A stretch of DNA of 63,617 nucleotides, the filler included, from Choristocarpus tenellus KU-1152 (lineage: Eukaryota > Protista > Phaeophyceae), in NCBI GenBank assembly GCA_964200185.2. It is 12 parts of 12 records of this genome, joined end to end, with 100 filler letters (N's around TTAATTAATTAA, not from the genome) between each part and the next. Parts side by side here need not be neighbours in the genome. Positions count along the whole stretch, not along the records: positions 38,810 to 41,889 come from CAXNAD020022463.1; positions 41,990 to 54,282 come from CAXNAD020001888.1; 10 more parts are not named here. One strand, 5' to 3'. This document shows, piece by piece, positions 40,215 through 52,204 of the stretch. Below the pieces are notes generated by a model. The model worked only from the letters and a program-made list of their open reading frames with translations. It was not told the origin of the DNA and searched no databases. Numbering within the stretch: position 1 is the stretch's first letter; each line of letters begins with the position of its first letter. A program made the translations under genes and the position numbers.

Positions 40215-40804
40215 ATTGCTTGTAACACGCCCCCCTAGCATGGGGCATAACTGTTCAATGCGAAGAACAGGCGATTAGACCAGGAAATATAATGTCACTC
40301 CATATCCTATCATGAACGTAGCAGAAATGTAATGAATAGGCACTTCCAGGTCCTAACATATCAGTGACAGCGTTGGGGATCCAGCAGAGGAGGAAACCTG
40401 GAGGGAAAACCCCCCTCCAACGTTTGCCCTGACGACAGATATAATCTAGTGTGACACTCGAATCTCACGGCACTCACTCTGCATTGACTCAACGTTCAAG
40501 AGAAACCTCCTATACCAGAGCCTCACACGCATGTCAATAATAGGGTACTTTCTAAAAAGACTCCACCCCTTCCAAGCTAAACAAGCATAGATACAGACAC
40601 AAAATCATAATAACACTAAACTTGGGTACTGCCATAGACTCTACCCTTCAGAACTAAAGGTACAAACAACTACAGGACACCAACACAACGTCTCACGGTC
40701 ACAAAGAGATTGGGTACTGTCATGGAAAGGCTTACCCTCCCTGGGAACTATGAACATACATAAAATAAAGACAAATGTCTTGCAATACCATCAAAATAGG
40801 GAGT

Positions 40805-41064
40805 GAGCCAAAGTATCTTCAAGGGTAGAGCCGCGTCCATTTGGGGGCCAAAATCCAATGTTGCGATTTTGTTGTAATTTTGGCTATCGTGTCTGTCAAG
40901 AAGTGTCAATATCCTTGTTCCAGGCACACCTTTTCATGACGCACACATTTTACCTACTCCGACACATTTTGGAGTTGGAAAATGTCATAAAAAAAACTCA
41001 TGGGAAGCCAAGCCCTAAATGGACAAACAGGGCAAAACTCGTACCCTCTAAGATACTTTCACTC
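40805..41064. mobile_element. MITE family A copy
   Basis: GAGCCAAAGTATCTTC ... TACCCTCTAAGATACTTTCACTC, flanked by AGT on both sides. Confidence 0.85.
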
Positions 41065-41100
41065 AGTGTCATGGTAAGACGTTCTCCCTTCATAACCATC

Positions 41101-41355
41101 AATACAAACAAATACAAGACACAATACAAACAAATACAAGACACAATACAAACAAATACAAGACACAAGAATAATGTCTGCACAAGTACAGACAAAATGT
41201 TTCACTATCACAGAAAATGGGGAATTTCATAACAAGACTCTCCCCTGCACAACTATCAACACAAACAAACACAAGACATAAGAATAATCTCTTAACAAAT
41301 ACAGACAAAAAATTCTAACAATAGTATAAAAATAGGGAATGTCATAGTAAGACTC
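41101..41355. repeat. 22-bp tandem repeat (AATACAAACAAATACAAGACAC x3) followed by a diverged ~115-bp duplication
   Basis: Directly visible. ACAAGACA[C/T]AAGAATAAT...ACAGACAAAA...GGGAAT..CATA..AAGACTC occurs twice. Confidence 0.7.
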
Positions 41356-41867
41356 CTCACCTTGGTTATAGCTCGAAAGCAGACATGCTATTCGCCTCTA
41401 ACATGCCCCCCAGCGTTAACTAGGTATATATGTTTCTCGCTTACCACAGGCGGCTGTCATGCGTTAAGACAATTGATATCGTCTATCACCTCAATCGTGC
41501 TGCAGCAGTCGTTGGTTGCCATTGGATGGCAGAGTGACTCCAGATCAAACTTAGCCAGTTGTTTCCAACACTGATCGACATATCTCCTTTTTTCTTTTGG
41601 GGGTAATCTCCAATAGTCATTAGACACAGTCAGAGTCCATCCATGCAGGTTTGGCCAAATCAGATTAAGCACTTTCAAAATGACACATATATATATCCGA
41701 TTAGGCCCAAAATAGATCAGTAGGTATCTTGTTTTCCTTTGGGGAATCTGTCCATAAGGTCACATAACACCATCAGATTCAGTTAGCATCTGGCCTAATC
41801 CGAGTATACGCTTATTCCTAAAGGAGGTCTGACTCCAAAGTTACAAAGCATACATATCAGACATGGG

Positions 41868-42015
41868 ACTCAAAGTATATGATGGGGGGNNNNNNNNNNN
41901 NNNNNNNNNNNNNNNNNNNNNNNNNNNNNNNNNTTAATTAATTAANNNNNNNNNNNNNNNNNNNNNNNNNNNNNNNNNNNNNNNNNNNNCCCCCCTCCCC
42001 CAGATACTTTGAGCC
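41868..42015. mobile_element. MITE family B copy split by an assembly gap
   Basis: GACTCAAAGTATATG...G-run before the gap; C-run then CAGATACTTTGAGCC after it. Confidence 0.7.
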
Positions 42016-42196
42016 GAGCCTTGTTGGTGTAACAAATACTCAGAAGAATGGAGTATATATTTATCCATATGTCATGGCTTGTGTTTGGGTCAACTTTTTT
42101 GCTGGAGAGGTACGGTTCTTGTAGATCGTGGAGCTGTAAGTTTGGAGACAAGAAAGAAGTGAGGGCGCGTGAGACAAGTTTCTGCTATGTACTCAC

Positions 42197-45100
42197 TATG
42201 TGCTTCTGATTGTATATATCACTGGTCTTCTTGAGGTGATCGCCCTCTGCATTCCTCTGGGTCATGAACGCTTCACCAAGGTCACGGACCTGGTCACAGT
42301 AGATTTCAAGGAATGACACAACCACGGCCACCTCCTTCTCCTTGACAGAGTTGTCAACGAGCAGAGATATAGGCAAGGTGAGAGAATAGAACAGTTTTGG
42401 GTGTTCTGTTACATCCTTAGGACATCAGGAGTGAGGATAATTGCTTCATATGAGGGCACGCCACTTGGCAGTCGGACAGGGAGGGAGATAGGTACCACCC
42501 ACAAGAGCAACCAAGAGAGACTGGGAATAGTAGTGCGTCCAATTGGGGGATAGTGGTGGTGTGGGCCTGACCTTGGCACAGATATCGAGCTGTACAAATA
42601 TCTCTTCCATGCACCTTGGAATCATTCCCCGTGAATCTCCTTCGCCCTGTCCAAACATGCTGTAGGTCTTACCTGTACATTACACACTCACCCATGGAAC
42701 AAAAAATCAGGGAAGGGTGATGGATGTCAAAAGAGACTCAAAGTTAAGGGATTAAAGTTGATTTTTTATGTTGCGGAAGATTTTGCAGTTCCGACCATCG
42801 GTTGGGTCTATTGGTTGTATCCACTTGGTGCTTGCCATTGCCCTTGAATGGTGCAAGCTTATTTCAGCCTAGACACCACCTAGTCAGGCCTTTGCATGCA
42901 AGTCACCAAGTGAGGGTGGGGTGCCTTCTTGCCTGACCCAGTTTGCCCATAGGCAAAGCAGCAACAGTTGAAACCTCTCAATACATTGTCAACCTGTGGT
43001 TTGGCCACAGCCTGTACAGATTGAGCAAGCAGACAAGATAAACGAGTTGAATTTAGTAGGAGTCTGAGTCAAAGTAAACGAGACGTACACAGAGTTTCAT
43101 TATTAGGATGCCGACAAAATATGCACAAAGTTCGTCTATTTTACAAACTAGTATAGGATATTTTCGAAATTGCGTCGGAAAAGTATTAAACAATAGAGAA
43201 ATTAACGTTCTCAAGTCAACCTTAGCACTTCATCCATAGAAATATGGGTGAGTAGTGAAAGATTAAAAAATGACCAAATATGCAAAATGGCCAAAACCTT
43301 GGTATCTCTTGCTTCCTTTGGACTCTCTGGTTGAGTGCTACCCGTGAGCCTATTGCTAAGGGGAGGGAATTTACTCACACAGCTACCTACACTGAGAGTC
43401 ACAATTCCTTTCGTACTAAATGCCTCCTGTGGCAACATTTTTAGGAGTTTTGTAGCTACTTGACATTTGCTCCCAGTCCCGGGGCCTACAATCCTTAACA
43501 CTCACCTGAAAAATCTCCTCTTGAGAGCACTCAGTCCAGAAGATGTGGTCGAAGCTGAAGTATATCTCCCCAAGGTTCTTGTTGGAGGCATGAGCAGATG
43601 GGTCTCTTATGCATATTTTCTTTGGGTTTTCAGGGAAGTTTGTTATGAAGGCGCTGCTGGTAGCATTGAAGTTGGTCAGACTCCCTGATGCATTCTTTGG
43701 GGACAGACCTATTGTGCACACACAGGTTTGAGGTTGGGTCACAACAACAGTGGGGATACTTTCTCTGAAGAAGCTCTTCTTGAATGATGAAAGGTAACTA
43801 GAGAGGCAAGCAGAGACAGATTCTTGGAATTGAAAAAATCTCCATTACGATCCTGGAGCCCTTTTGCATGATATCTACAATATTCTCTGCAGAATTAGTG
43901 TCCAAGGTGTATGCTCTCTATTACTTCCTCTGCTTGGATTTGTCACACGACCAAGGTTGTGGACACACAATATATGCAAGTGTTGTAGCTTTTAAATGAG
44001 ATTTCACTTTGGTGCTTGGTATGCAGGTATAAATGCCTAATGGCTCAAAGTATCCGTGAGGGGTTGGCGGCTGTCCATTTGGGGTCAATTTTTTCATGTC
44101 GCGATTTTTGGGTAATTTGGTGCATGTGTTGGATGGATAATGTAAGTGCACTTTGCCTGATTTGACCCAAATGGACACCATGCTATAGCCCCCCCTCCCC
44201 CTCCAAGATACTTTGGGTCAATAATTTCCATGGCCAGTCTGTGGTGGGTTGAGTGAGAGACTCAGGTGGAGTTGTGTCACTGAAGAGAGTTGTGTAGTTG
44301 TTGTTGTGTAGAGCGGACACAACTTGGAGAAGAAGACTATTAGTTCTCTGAGTGGATTTTGGTGGTTTGATATGATCCTTCAACAGTAGATGTTGTGGAT
44401 GAAGGGGACGACAAGAATTATGCCTAGTCAATATGCATGTGGATAATAATACCAATCTAAACTGTCAACGCTCAAACTCGTCCTTTCTTCTTTTGAATGC
44501 AGGCACCAAAGGTGAAATCGACCATTACTTCTCTAATCAAGGGGTAGAGCAGCACAATAATTAACTACATATAACTAGATGGGAAAGGGTTTGCAGGCAT
44601 TGAGCGATGTTTGAGTACAAAAAGCTCACAATGCGTCGTCACATCAAGAGGGGGGATTGATTATTCGGATTGTCATACACTTGGCCAAATAAGTAAGAAT
44701 AGATTTAGATTAATTTACTTTTCATGTTGTCCTTAAATCGAATGCTGGGGTCACAATGATGTTCAAGAATACTCCTAATCTTGGGTTGTCTCAAATATTG
44801 TTAATTGTTGGTGATGAAGCCAAAGAGAAGGAGTATTTCTATTTCAAAATTCAGCATACTTCTTGTTGTCCTGATGTTGGGCTTGCTACATTTCTCTACA
44901 GTGAAGACGAACCAAGTTCCGAAATATACCGTTCAAAATTTGAAGTAGCTATCTACAACATTTCGATAACGACCTGTATCAAGCACCAGAAATCTAGCGG
45001 CCAAGTCAGAAGATCTCGGGAGGAATGAGAATTGATCATGGGTGCTGTCAGGACAACAAACAGGTCATTTATTACACCCTGGTGCTTATACCTTCCCAAT

Positions 45101-45523
45101 AAGAAAAAGAGCGGGCACGTGTTGAGGGAGGTAACCTATGGTGCGACATAGGCGGGAATCTCCACTTACAGCTAAACTGCGTGGCAACCTTTTTGTTCTC
45201 CACCCTATTTCGCATCACCACGATTCTCGTACTATCCACCTGCTAGGGTTGCCTGGAGGGGATTCTGGAACTTATCCTCGGTAGATGCATCATCATCCTC
45301 CAATGTCCAGCTAGGATCTGGAGGTCGTGCCCGCACATAAACCGAAACAGAAGAGTTTTCTGTGTTAACGTTGGTGTAATCGGTGACAACCTGTTGCAGC
45401 AGGAAGCAGTTAGTTGAGGGCCAAGTCTAACAGCCAGGGACATTTGCAAACCGTCCATCAGGGAATGGTGGAGTGTTCATTCGTGCGTGCTGTTTCCAGA
45501 CACAGCCTCACCTGGTGGTTCAT
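42197..45523 (-). CDS. Kinesin motor protein, N-terminal motor domain, partial (6 exons)
   Basis: Exons: 45523-45512 (MNHQ), 45390-45240 (ENSSVSVYVRARP), 43708-43506 (YFSFDHIF...SQEEIFQ), 43011-42933 (GFNCCCFAYGQTGS), 42672-42572 (GKTYSMFG...GMIPR), 42340-42197 (VSFLEIYCDQVRDL). Phases are consistent. Switch I/II exons were not found and probably lie in the gap at 41890. Confidence 0.95.
44042..44219. mobile_element. MITE family B, complete, flanked by AAT
   Basis: AAT|GGCTCAAAGTATCC ... AAGATACTTTGGGTC|AAT, inside a kinesin intron. Confidence 0.82.
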
Positions 45524-45716
45524 CTTGATGTAGGGGAGAGAAAAATCGTTGGGTGTGCAGAAAGGCAGGGACATAAAGTGGAAAGAAAATGCGGCACAAC
45601 AGAGTGAGAAAAACGTTTCACTGAGAAACCTGCCTTCCAAGCACTACCAATACTCTCCACTCCACACATCACACGTTGTTTTACAATTTGAAAAGTTTGC
45701 TGAAAAGGTTTCTAAG
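45524..45716. promoter_or_regulatory. Putative bidirectional promoter between the kinesin and ARID genes
   Basis: 193 bp separate the divergent start codons at 45523 (-) and 45717 (+). Confidence 0.5.
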
Positions 45717-47126
45717 ATGGACACTGCAGTGCCTGTACTGGAGGCTCTTTATGCAGGGCCACGGCAGCAGCGCTCTTTGCTTCTCCTGAGGGAGATCTTT
45801 GGCTTCCTACGTGCGAATGGACAGGTTCGATTTCGTCACAACCTACCGAAGTCTGATCAGTATTTCCTTGCCTTAGGTAACAATACACACATTGTCTTGC
45901 TTAAACCAATCTCCAGGGGAATCTTCTCAACGCAGTTCCGTCACTGACTATTGGGGGGCCACCGTTGGACCTTATTGGCCTCTATGGGGCTATGACCAAG
46001 AGGGGGGGAGTGCAACGGGTCCAGGACCAGGGCTTGATAGAGGAGGTGATCGAGGGATACGTTTCCTACCTTGCCCCAATTCCTTTCATGCTGGTCCATA
46101 GTTGCGGTGTGGATGAACAAATAGCCATATACTTTGAGAGTACTCGAATTGATGACGATCAACACCTTTCTTCAACCCTCACCCCAAGGTTCCATGGTAT
46201 CTCTTGCCGTCCGGCCCCTCCCCCCTAAACGACCCCACTAGGTTATGGCAGAGATGGGGCACCCGTACAATCGACAGACCTGCTACGCAATCACCCTTCA
46301 CTACAAGAACTACCTTTACGCATACGAACAGGTAAGTATTTCGTATGCTAGGACCTGTTGGTAACTAGGGCGATGAGGGGCGATGAGACTTCTGCGAGGC
46401 ACAGTTATCTTGCTCTAGCTTACAGATACATGAAGTGCGGGAAGTAGCGTCGTTTCGATAAATAGAATCAACCGGGTCATAGAGTGTGCTATAGTATTTT
46501 TTCTTCACGAATACTTCTATTAATCCAATCGCACCGTCTACCGACATTCATATTCCAAGTACTTATCTATCCATGCATATGTTGAATTTGCAAGTGGATG
46601 GTATCTATTTACTCCACACTGATCTTTGTGCTCTCATGTTATTCATCTTGCATGAAGCAACAACCAATGAAGAAACCGTACTCCAGGATCTGCTATGGTT
46701 TTCTCGCTCCTTCCAGGAATCGTCGATTTACTCCTCTTGCCACTTCCACAATGCTGTCCAGGAATCTACTTAGCCCCAACAGCCAGGTTCATTCTGTGAC
46801 TAGTACTTGCTGCATTGTTACCATCATGAAGAACCACTTCCCATACTTCCCCTTACCATTTCTGTTTATCCCAACTATCTCCTTATTTCGTTTCTATCCT
46901 CAATTCTTTTACCCACTTCCCCCCTTACTGTGCTTTGGGACATGAAGGCGGCCATGTTCAATAGGCGGATTGCTCCTCGACAGCCTTCAGGGGGAGGAGG
47001 CGCTAGCCCTGTTGGTCCAGTGACCTCGACTCGCCCACAGTCACAGGGAGGACAGTCCCTGCAACCCCCTGCTCTTGGTGGTGGAGGGGGTCACTCGCCA
47101 GTAGGAATCCAATCACAGCAGCCCCA

Positions 47127-47172
<46 letters not shown>

Positions 47173-47178
47173 AAGCAA

Positions 47179-47246
<68 letters not shown>

Positions 47247-48880
47247 GCAGCAAGTCAAACAGCATGAGAAGCAACACCCACAGCATCAGGTCGAAAAAAG
47301 GGTGCGAGGGAGGTCGGTTGGCAGGTCAGATCAGGTCCCAGGGTTGGGAAACATGGAGGTGAGGGGTTTTGACCTAGGATTTCAGGTGCTTGGGGGTATT
47401 ATTGTTGCTGTGATCATAGTGATGCTGTTTTTGCTTCCAACCGACCCATCCTGCCAATCTCAACTTGCCAATGGTAACTTTCCTGTCATTGTACCGAGCA
47501 AGGTTGGGGTTGTGAGATCAACTTAGATGATGACTTTGTTTGATGCTAACACAGAGAGCCGTCTCTCTTTAAAGGGCCCAGTCAGCAGACAGTTGGAGTG
47601 CGCCAGGCTTTGCCCTCATGGAATTATAGAAAAAAGCGACCAGCAACGATGATCATCAGGAGCTGTTAGAGGCAACAGTGAAATCTGTACCCCCACTCAG
47701 TCAACCTTTTGTCCCATGACATCATTGTGTACCCAAGTGTTTTTAATTTTGTTGATTTGTATTGTGTATGGTAGGTGGTATGATGTGATAGTAGAAGTCA
47801 ACGAATCAAACACAGATTATGTTTTGGGAGGTGAGAAAGAATGACTGTGCTGGGATATCTACAAAAAAACAACTATGGTTTGATCATCAAGTTTCCTTTT
47901 TTTTATAACACATTATTGTGAGTACAATCGAACACACCCTGTGCACCTTTCCTCCCATATATATGCATACACAAATATGCAGTGTTGCAGAGCATATTTG
48001 AGTGTGCTTCAGTTGAATTCCCTACTGTGCTCAACAGACAATAGCCTCAGGAAGATACCAAAACCAAAAGATCCATCTCTAACAGTCATGAGTTGGATTT
48101 GGTTCAACCTGACCTCACGTTTTCCACCCAATTGGAGAGAGTTCAGCTGTTGCTAGAAGCAGAACTATGGATAGTAAAACTGTAATCAGATCCCCCCTTG
48201 CACTTGAACATCACTTACATCCCACCGAAATCAACACAACCCAGTCAACAAACCAGCAATCAACCTGGCCTCATAAGTATTTTGGGAGGTTGCACTCGAT
48301 CATGAAGGCACATATGCCGAGACAGCTCTCTGCTGTTGCTTTGCCAGCAAAACCAATGCTACCAGAGGGGGGGGGGATGATAGTGGAATTTTTCTTTTAT
48401 TTGCAAAGAGGAAGTACCAGCAAGGATACAATAGTTCAGGCCTTATTTTGGGCAGGCCACCAAATAATCTGTGAAATTTGCAATTCCTTGCTTTGTAAAA
48501 TATGGGAGGTTGTTGGAATGTTATGTGGGTGGGTATGACTTTTAATCATTGAAGGTGTAACTGTTACAGAGTATAGTTGAAATAATGTCGACAGCTTCTT
48601 GCACAATCGGTCCTTTTTTGTTTCCCTCAACATGAGAACCAGCAGCTGAAAGAAGTAGGCTTTTATATTACAATATTTTCTACTATCATTATGATGATAA
48701 AGGTATAATGAACATCTTTTTTTCAGCCTTATATATATATATATATTTTTTTTTCTTGTAAAACAAGGTTGGGATCACGCTTAAGGTCAAGAGTTCAAAG
48801 ACAATCCACTGTTTTAGGTAGTGATTAATGAATGGAATATGTATATCAATTTCACAACACAAACAAACAAACAAACAAAC

Positions 48881-48936
<56 letters not shown>

Positions 48937-49542
48937 AAACACACACACAAACACACACACACACACAAACACACAGATTTTATGGAGTATTTAAGGTTCG
49001 GGCTTGTCAAGAGTTAGGGATTTAAATGTTGCCCTTGAACTTGCTTAAACAGGACAGTGCCACTCTCAAGTCTCTGATCTTTTTCATCCCTATCAGCTTA
49101 AAAGAACAACAGCATGATGATGATGATAGCTATGATTGCTGATACCACCGCATTGTAACCAGTTCCATCACAATGCCGTTGCTGTTGGTGCTGCTGTTGC
49201 CAATGATGTTCTGGTGTTTGCTTCCCTTGTGGGTGCCTGCGGTCTTGTTGCCTTTGTCTACTTGTCTACTTGTCTGCATGTATGCTTATGTGTGTGTTTG
49301 TGGATGTCTCTATGTTTGTGCTGTGATAGGCTGGGCAATACAGTGAACACGAGATGGAGCGTATGATGCATGTACAGCGTCAACTCCAGCAACAACAGAG
49401 ACAACCACCACAGCAACTTCAACTGCCACAGCAACAGCAGCATCAAAACAAGCCACAACTTCAGCACCACCAGCAGCACCTTCAGCAGCAGCACCTTCAG
49501 CAGCAGCACCTTCAGCAGCAGCACCTTCAGCAGCAGCACCTT

Positions 49543-49580
<38 letters not shown>

Positions 49581-49926
49581 CCTTCAGCAAAAACAGCAAC
49601 AGCAAAAACAGCAACAGCAAAAACAGCAACAGCAGATGCAGCATGAGGTAGTGATGAGGTTGGAGGGGAAGGTTGTTTTGTCTTGTACTTAGAACCCGTA
49701 TTGAGAGTGAGATGATGTACAAGACTGCCACTTGACGTCCCCCCTTTTTTTGTTCAACTCCCCAACCCTAACTGTGAAATCATATTTTTTTTCTTTGACC
49801 TGGCTGTCGCTAGAAGAAGGTTAGACTTGCAACTCCTGCCTTACCTCTAAAGGTGTGTGACTTAAACGAACTCCTTGATTTTCCTGTGTGTGTACACATG
49901 GCTCCGGCTGGAAGATCCAGCAACAT

Positions 49927-49965
<39 letters not shown>

Positions 49966-50030
49966 GTGCAGAAGCAACAGCAGCAACGCCAATCCCAGAT
50001 GGAGGTGTTGATGCGGCAGCAGCAACAGCA

Positions 50031-50081
<51 letters not shown>

Positions 50082-52151
50082 GCAGAAGCAGAAGCAGCAG
50101 CAACAGCAGCAGAAGCAGCAGCAGCAAGAGCAACAGCAGCAGCAGCAGCAGCAGCAACAAGCTGCAGCGTGGGCGCACAATCAACTTGAGCGGGTTTGTA
50201 CACCAAGCAATGCTGGTGTTGCTGCTGGCCTTCGAGGGACAGGAACTCCCTCGCTGCCATGCCCTCCCACAGGAACGGTGGAAACTCATCAGGTTAGACA
50301 GCAGATGCATCAGCCAGTTACCCCTACCAGGGCCGCTGGCTTTGGTAATAGTGTGAGTGGGCGGGGTTCTGAGATGACTGCACTTCATCACCAACAACAG
50401 CACCAACTGCACCAGCATCAACTGCAACAGCATCACTTGCAAAGGCAGCAGCAGCAGCACCAGCAGCAGCAGAAACAGCAATATGTAGCACAAACTCTCA
50501 GGCAGCAACAGGTCCAATCAACGCCTCCTGGTGATGTCCCCCTTTCTGAGGTGAGGCGCATTTTGTTTGTTGATGTGACAAGTGGGTGTGTTGGCTTTTT
50601 GTGCTGTGTGCTCTGTGTCCCATTTTTTGACGTCTATATCATAAACTCCCCTCTGGCAATTGTCAATAGGGGCTGGTTTTAGTCAGAGCTATGGCATGTG
50701 ACGTTGCAGTAAGGTATTGTTGGTGATATTTTGATGATATTTTGAGTGCATCTTGCACTTGTCAGTGATAAAATGGTTAGGGTTAGGGTTAGGATTAGGT
50801 TTAGGGTGAGTCTGTTAACCTTTACTCAAGCGCCCCCCTTTTGGTTGGCAGAAGTCTTGGATTTCACGGATTTGGTTGACTGCAGTGGCCTGCTCTGATA
50901 AACTGCCCTAATTTTGCTACTGTTCTTATCCCTTTTTGTGTTGCAATGACTTTTCGTTCTGGAGAGCTGTGCCACGTCTGGGATCTAAACTTGACGTAGC
51001 CTCCTTGCCCCCTTACAGTCCAATCCATCACCCTCTCTTTCCTGAAAAGGGTTTGGTAGATAATGTCAATTATCCATTGTGCAGTATGGTCTAAGTGATC
51101 CATTGTCTAGTATGCATAAGAGCTCTATGTCCTATGCATGCATTGGATTTTTTTTCATTTGATCTGTGTAGTTCGGTTTTTCGATTGCTAAAGGGTGACT
51201 CAACTCATCTAGACTGCCTTTTTGTCTGACCTCACACCCCTGGAATGTGACTCCCATCACACACAGTCTCTTGCCCTTCCTTGCCATTACACTTGTTTCT
51301 TTATTCTTTATCTCACCCCCTCCCCTCCAATTCATATCTCCCACCCTCTCTCCCTTAGCTCCCACTTGCATTACGGGATACATCATTGAAGGTAGTGGTG
51401 GGTGCTGTAAACACCCTCACAAAGAGAACATTTGACTCAGCAGAGGACCTGGTGCTGGAGGAGACACCAGGACTAATGGATGCCATTTGCAGTCTCTTGG
51501 ACTGGGTAAACCCCGGAGTTGCACAGGTGAGGCGTTGTAGGGCAGAGTTATGCCACTGTTACTATTCCTAGCCCTATTAGTTCATAACAGTAACATTGGA
51601 GGGGGTGGGGGTTGTTATAGTACCGCCGCATCCTATTGGTTGTATGTGTAAATTGGGTCGTCCCATTGGTTTGCTGTTGTGTTTGCCCCCATACAGTCAG
51701 TAGTGTCTCCATTTAAATGGGTAGAGGTAGTGTACCCTGACACTGTAATTTTTTGTGGCAAGTGAGATTTGATAGGGTTATGGCTTAGGATTGGGGGTTA
51801 GGTTTATAGTTTGTCGAAGGGGATATATTGTGGGTGCAAGGTTTCTTTTTATTTAGGAGTGATAAAAAAACGAATAAAATTCTTGAGGGACATGTGACTG
51901 ATGCCGATGTGAACCTAAATCTCTTGAATATGTGGATAGTGGGAATTTGCAGCCTTTTTCCCTTGGGTCTCAAATACACAGATCAAAGGGAGATTCCTCC
52001 TGTTTTAGTTTGTTCTGAATCTACCACCACCCCAGAGAATTCGTGAACTCTAAATAAATATTTTTTAATTTGTTCTAGTTAAGGGTTTGGGGTATTAATG
52101 CACCTGTTAGGTGTGGCGATATCATGGTCCAAATCAGACACAGGCACGCGT

Positions 52152-52204
<53 letters not shown>

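Noticed and set aside
48689-49025. CV/HT-repeat ORFs
   Set aside because: Translations of a (CA)n microsatellite.
49258-50517. PolyL, polyA, polyC and polyS ORFs
   Set aside because: Alternative-frame and antisense shadows of the CAG polyQ exons.
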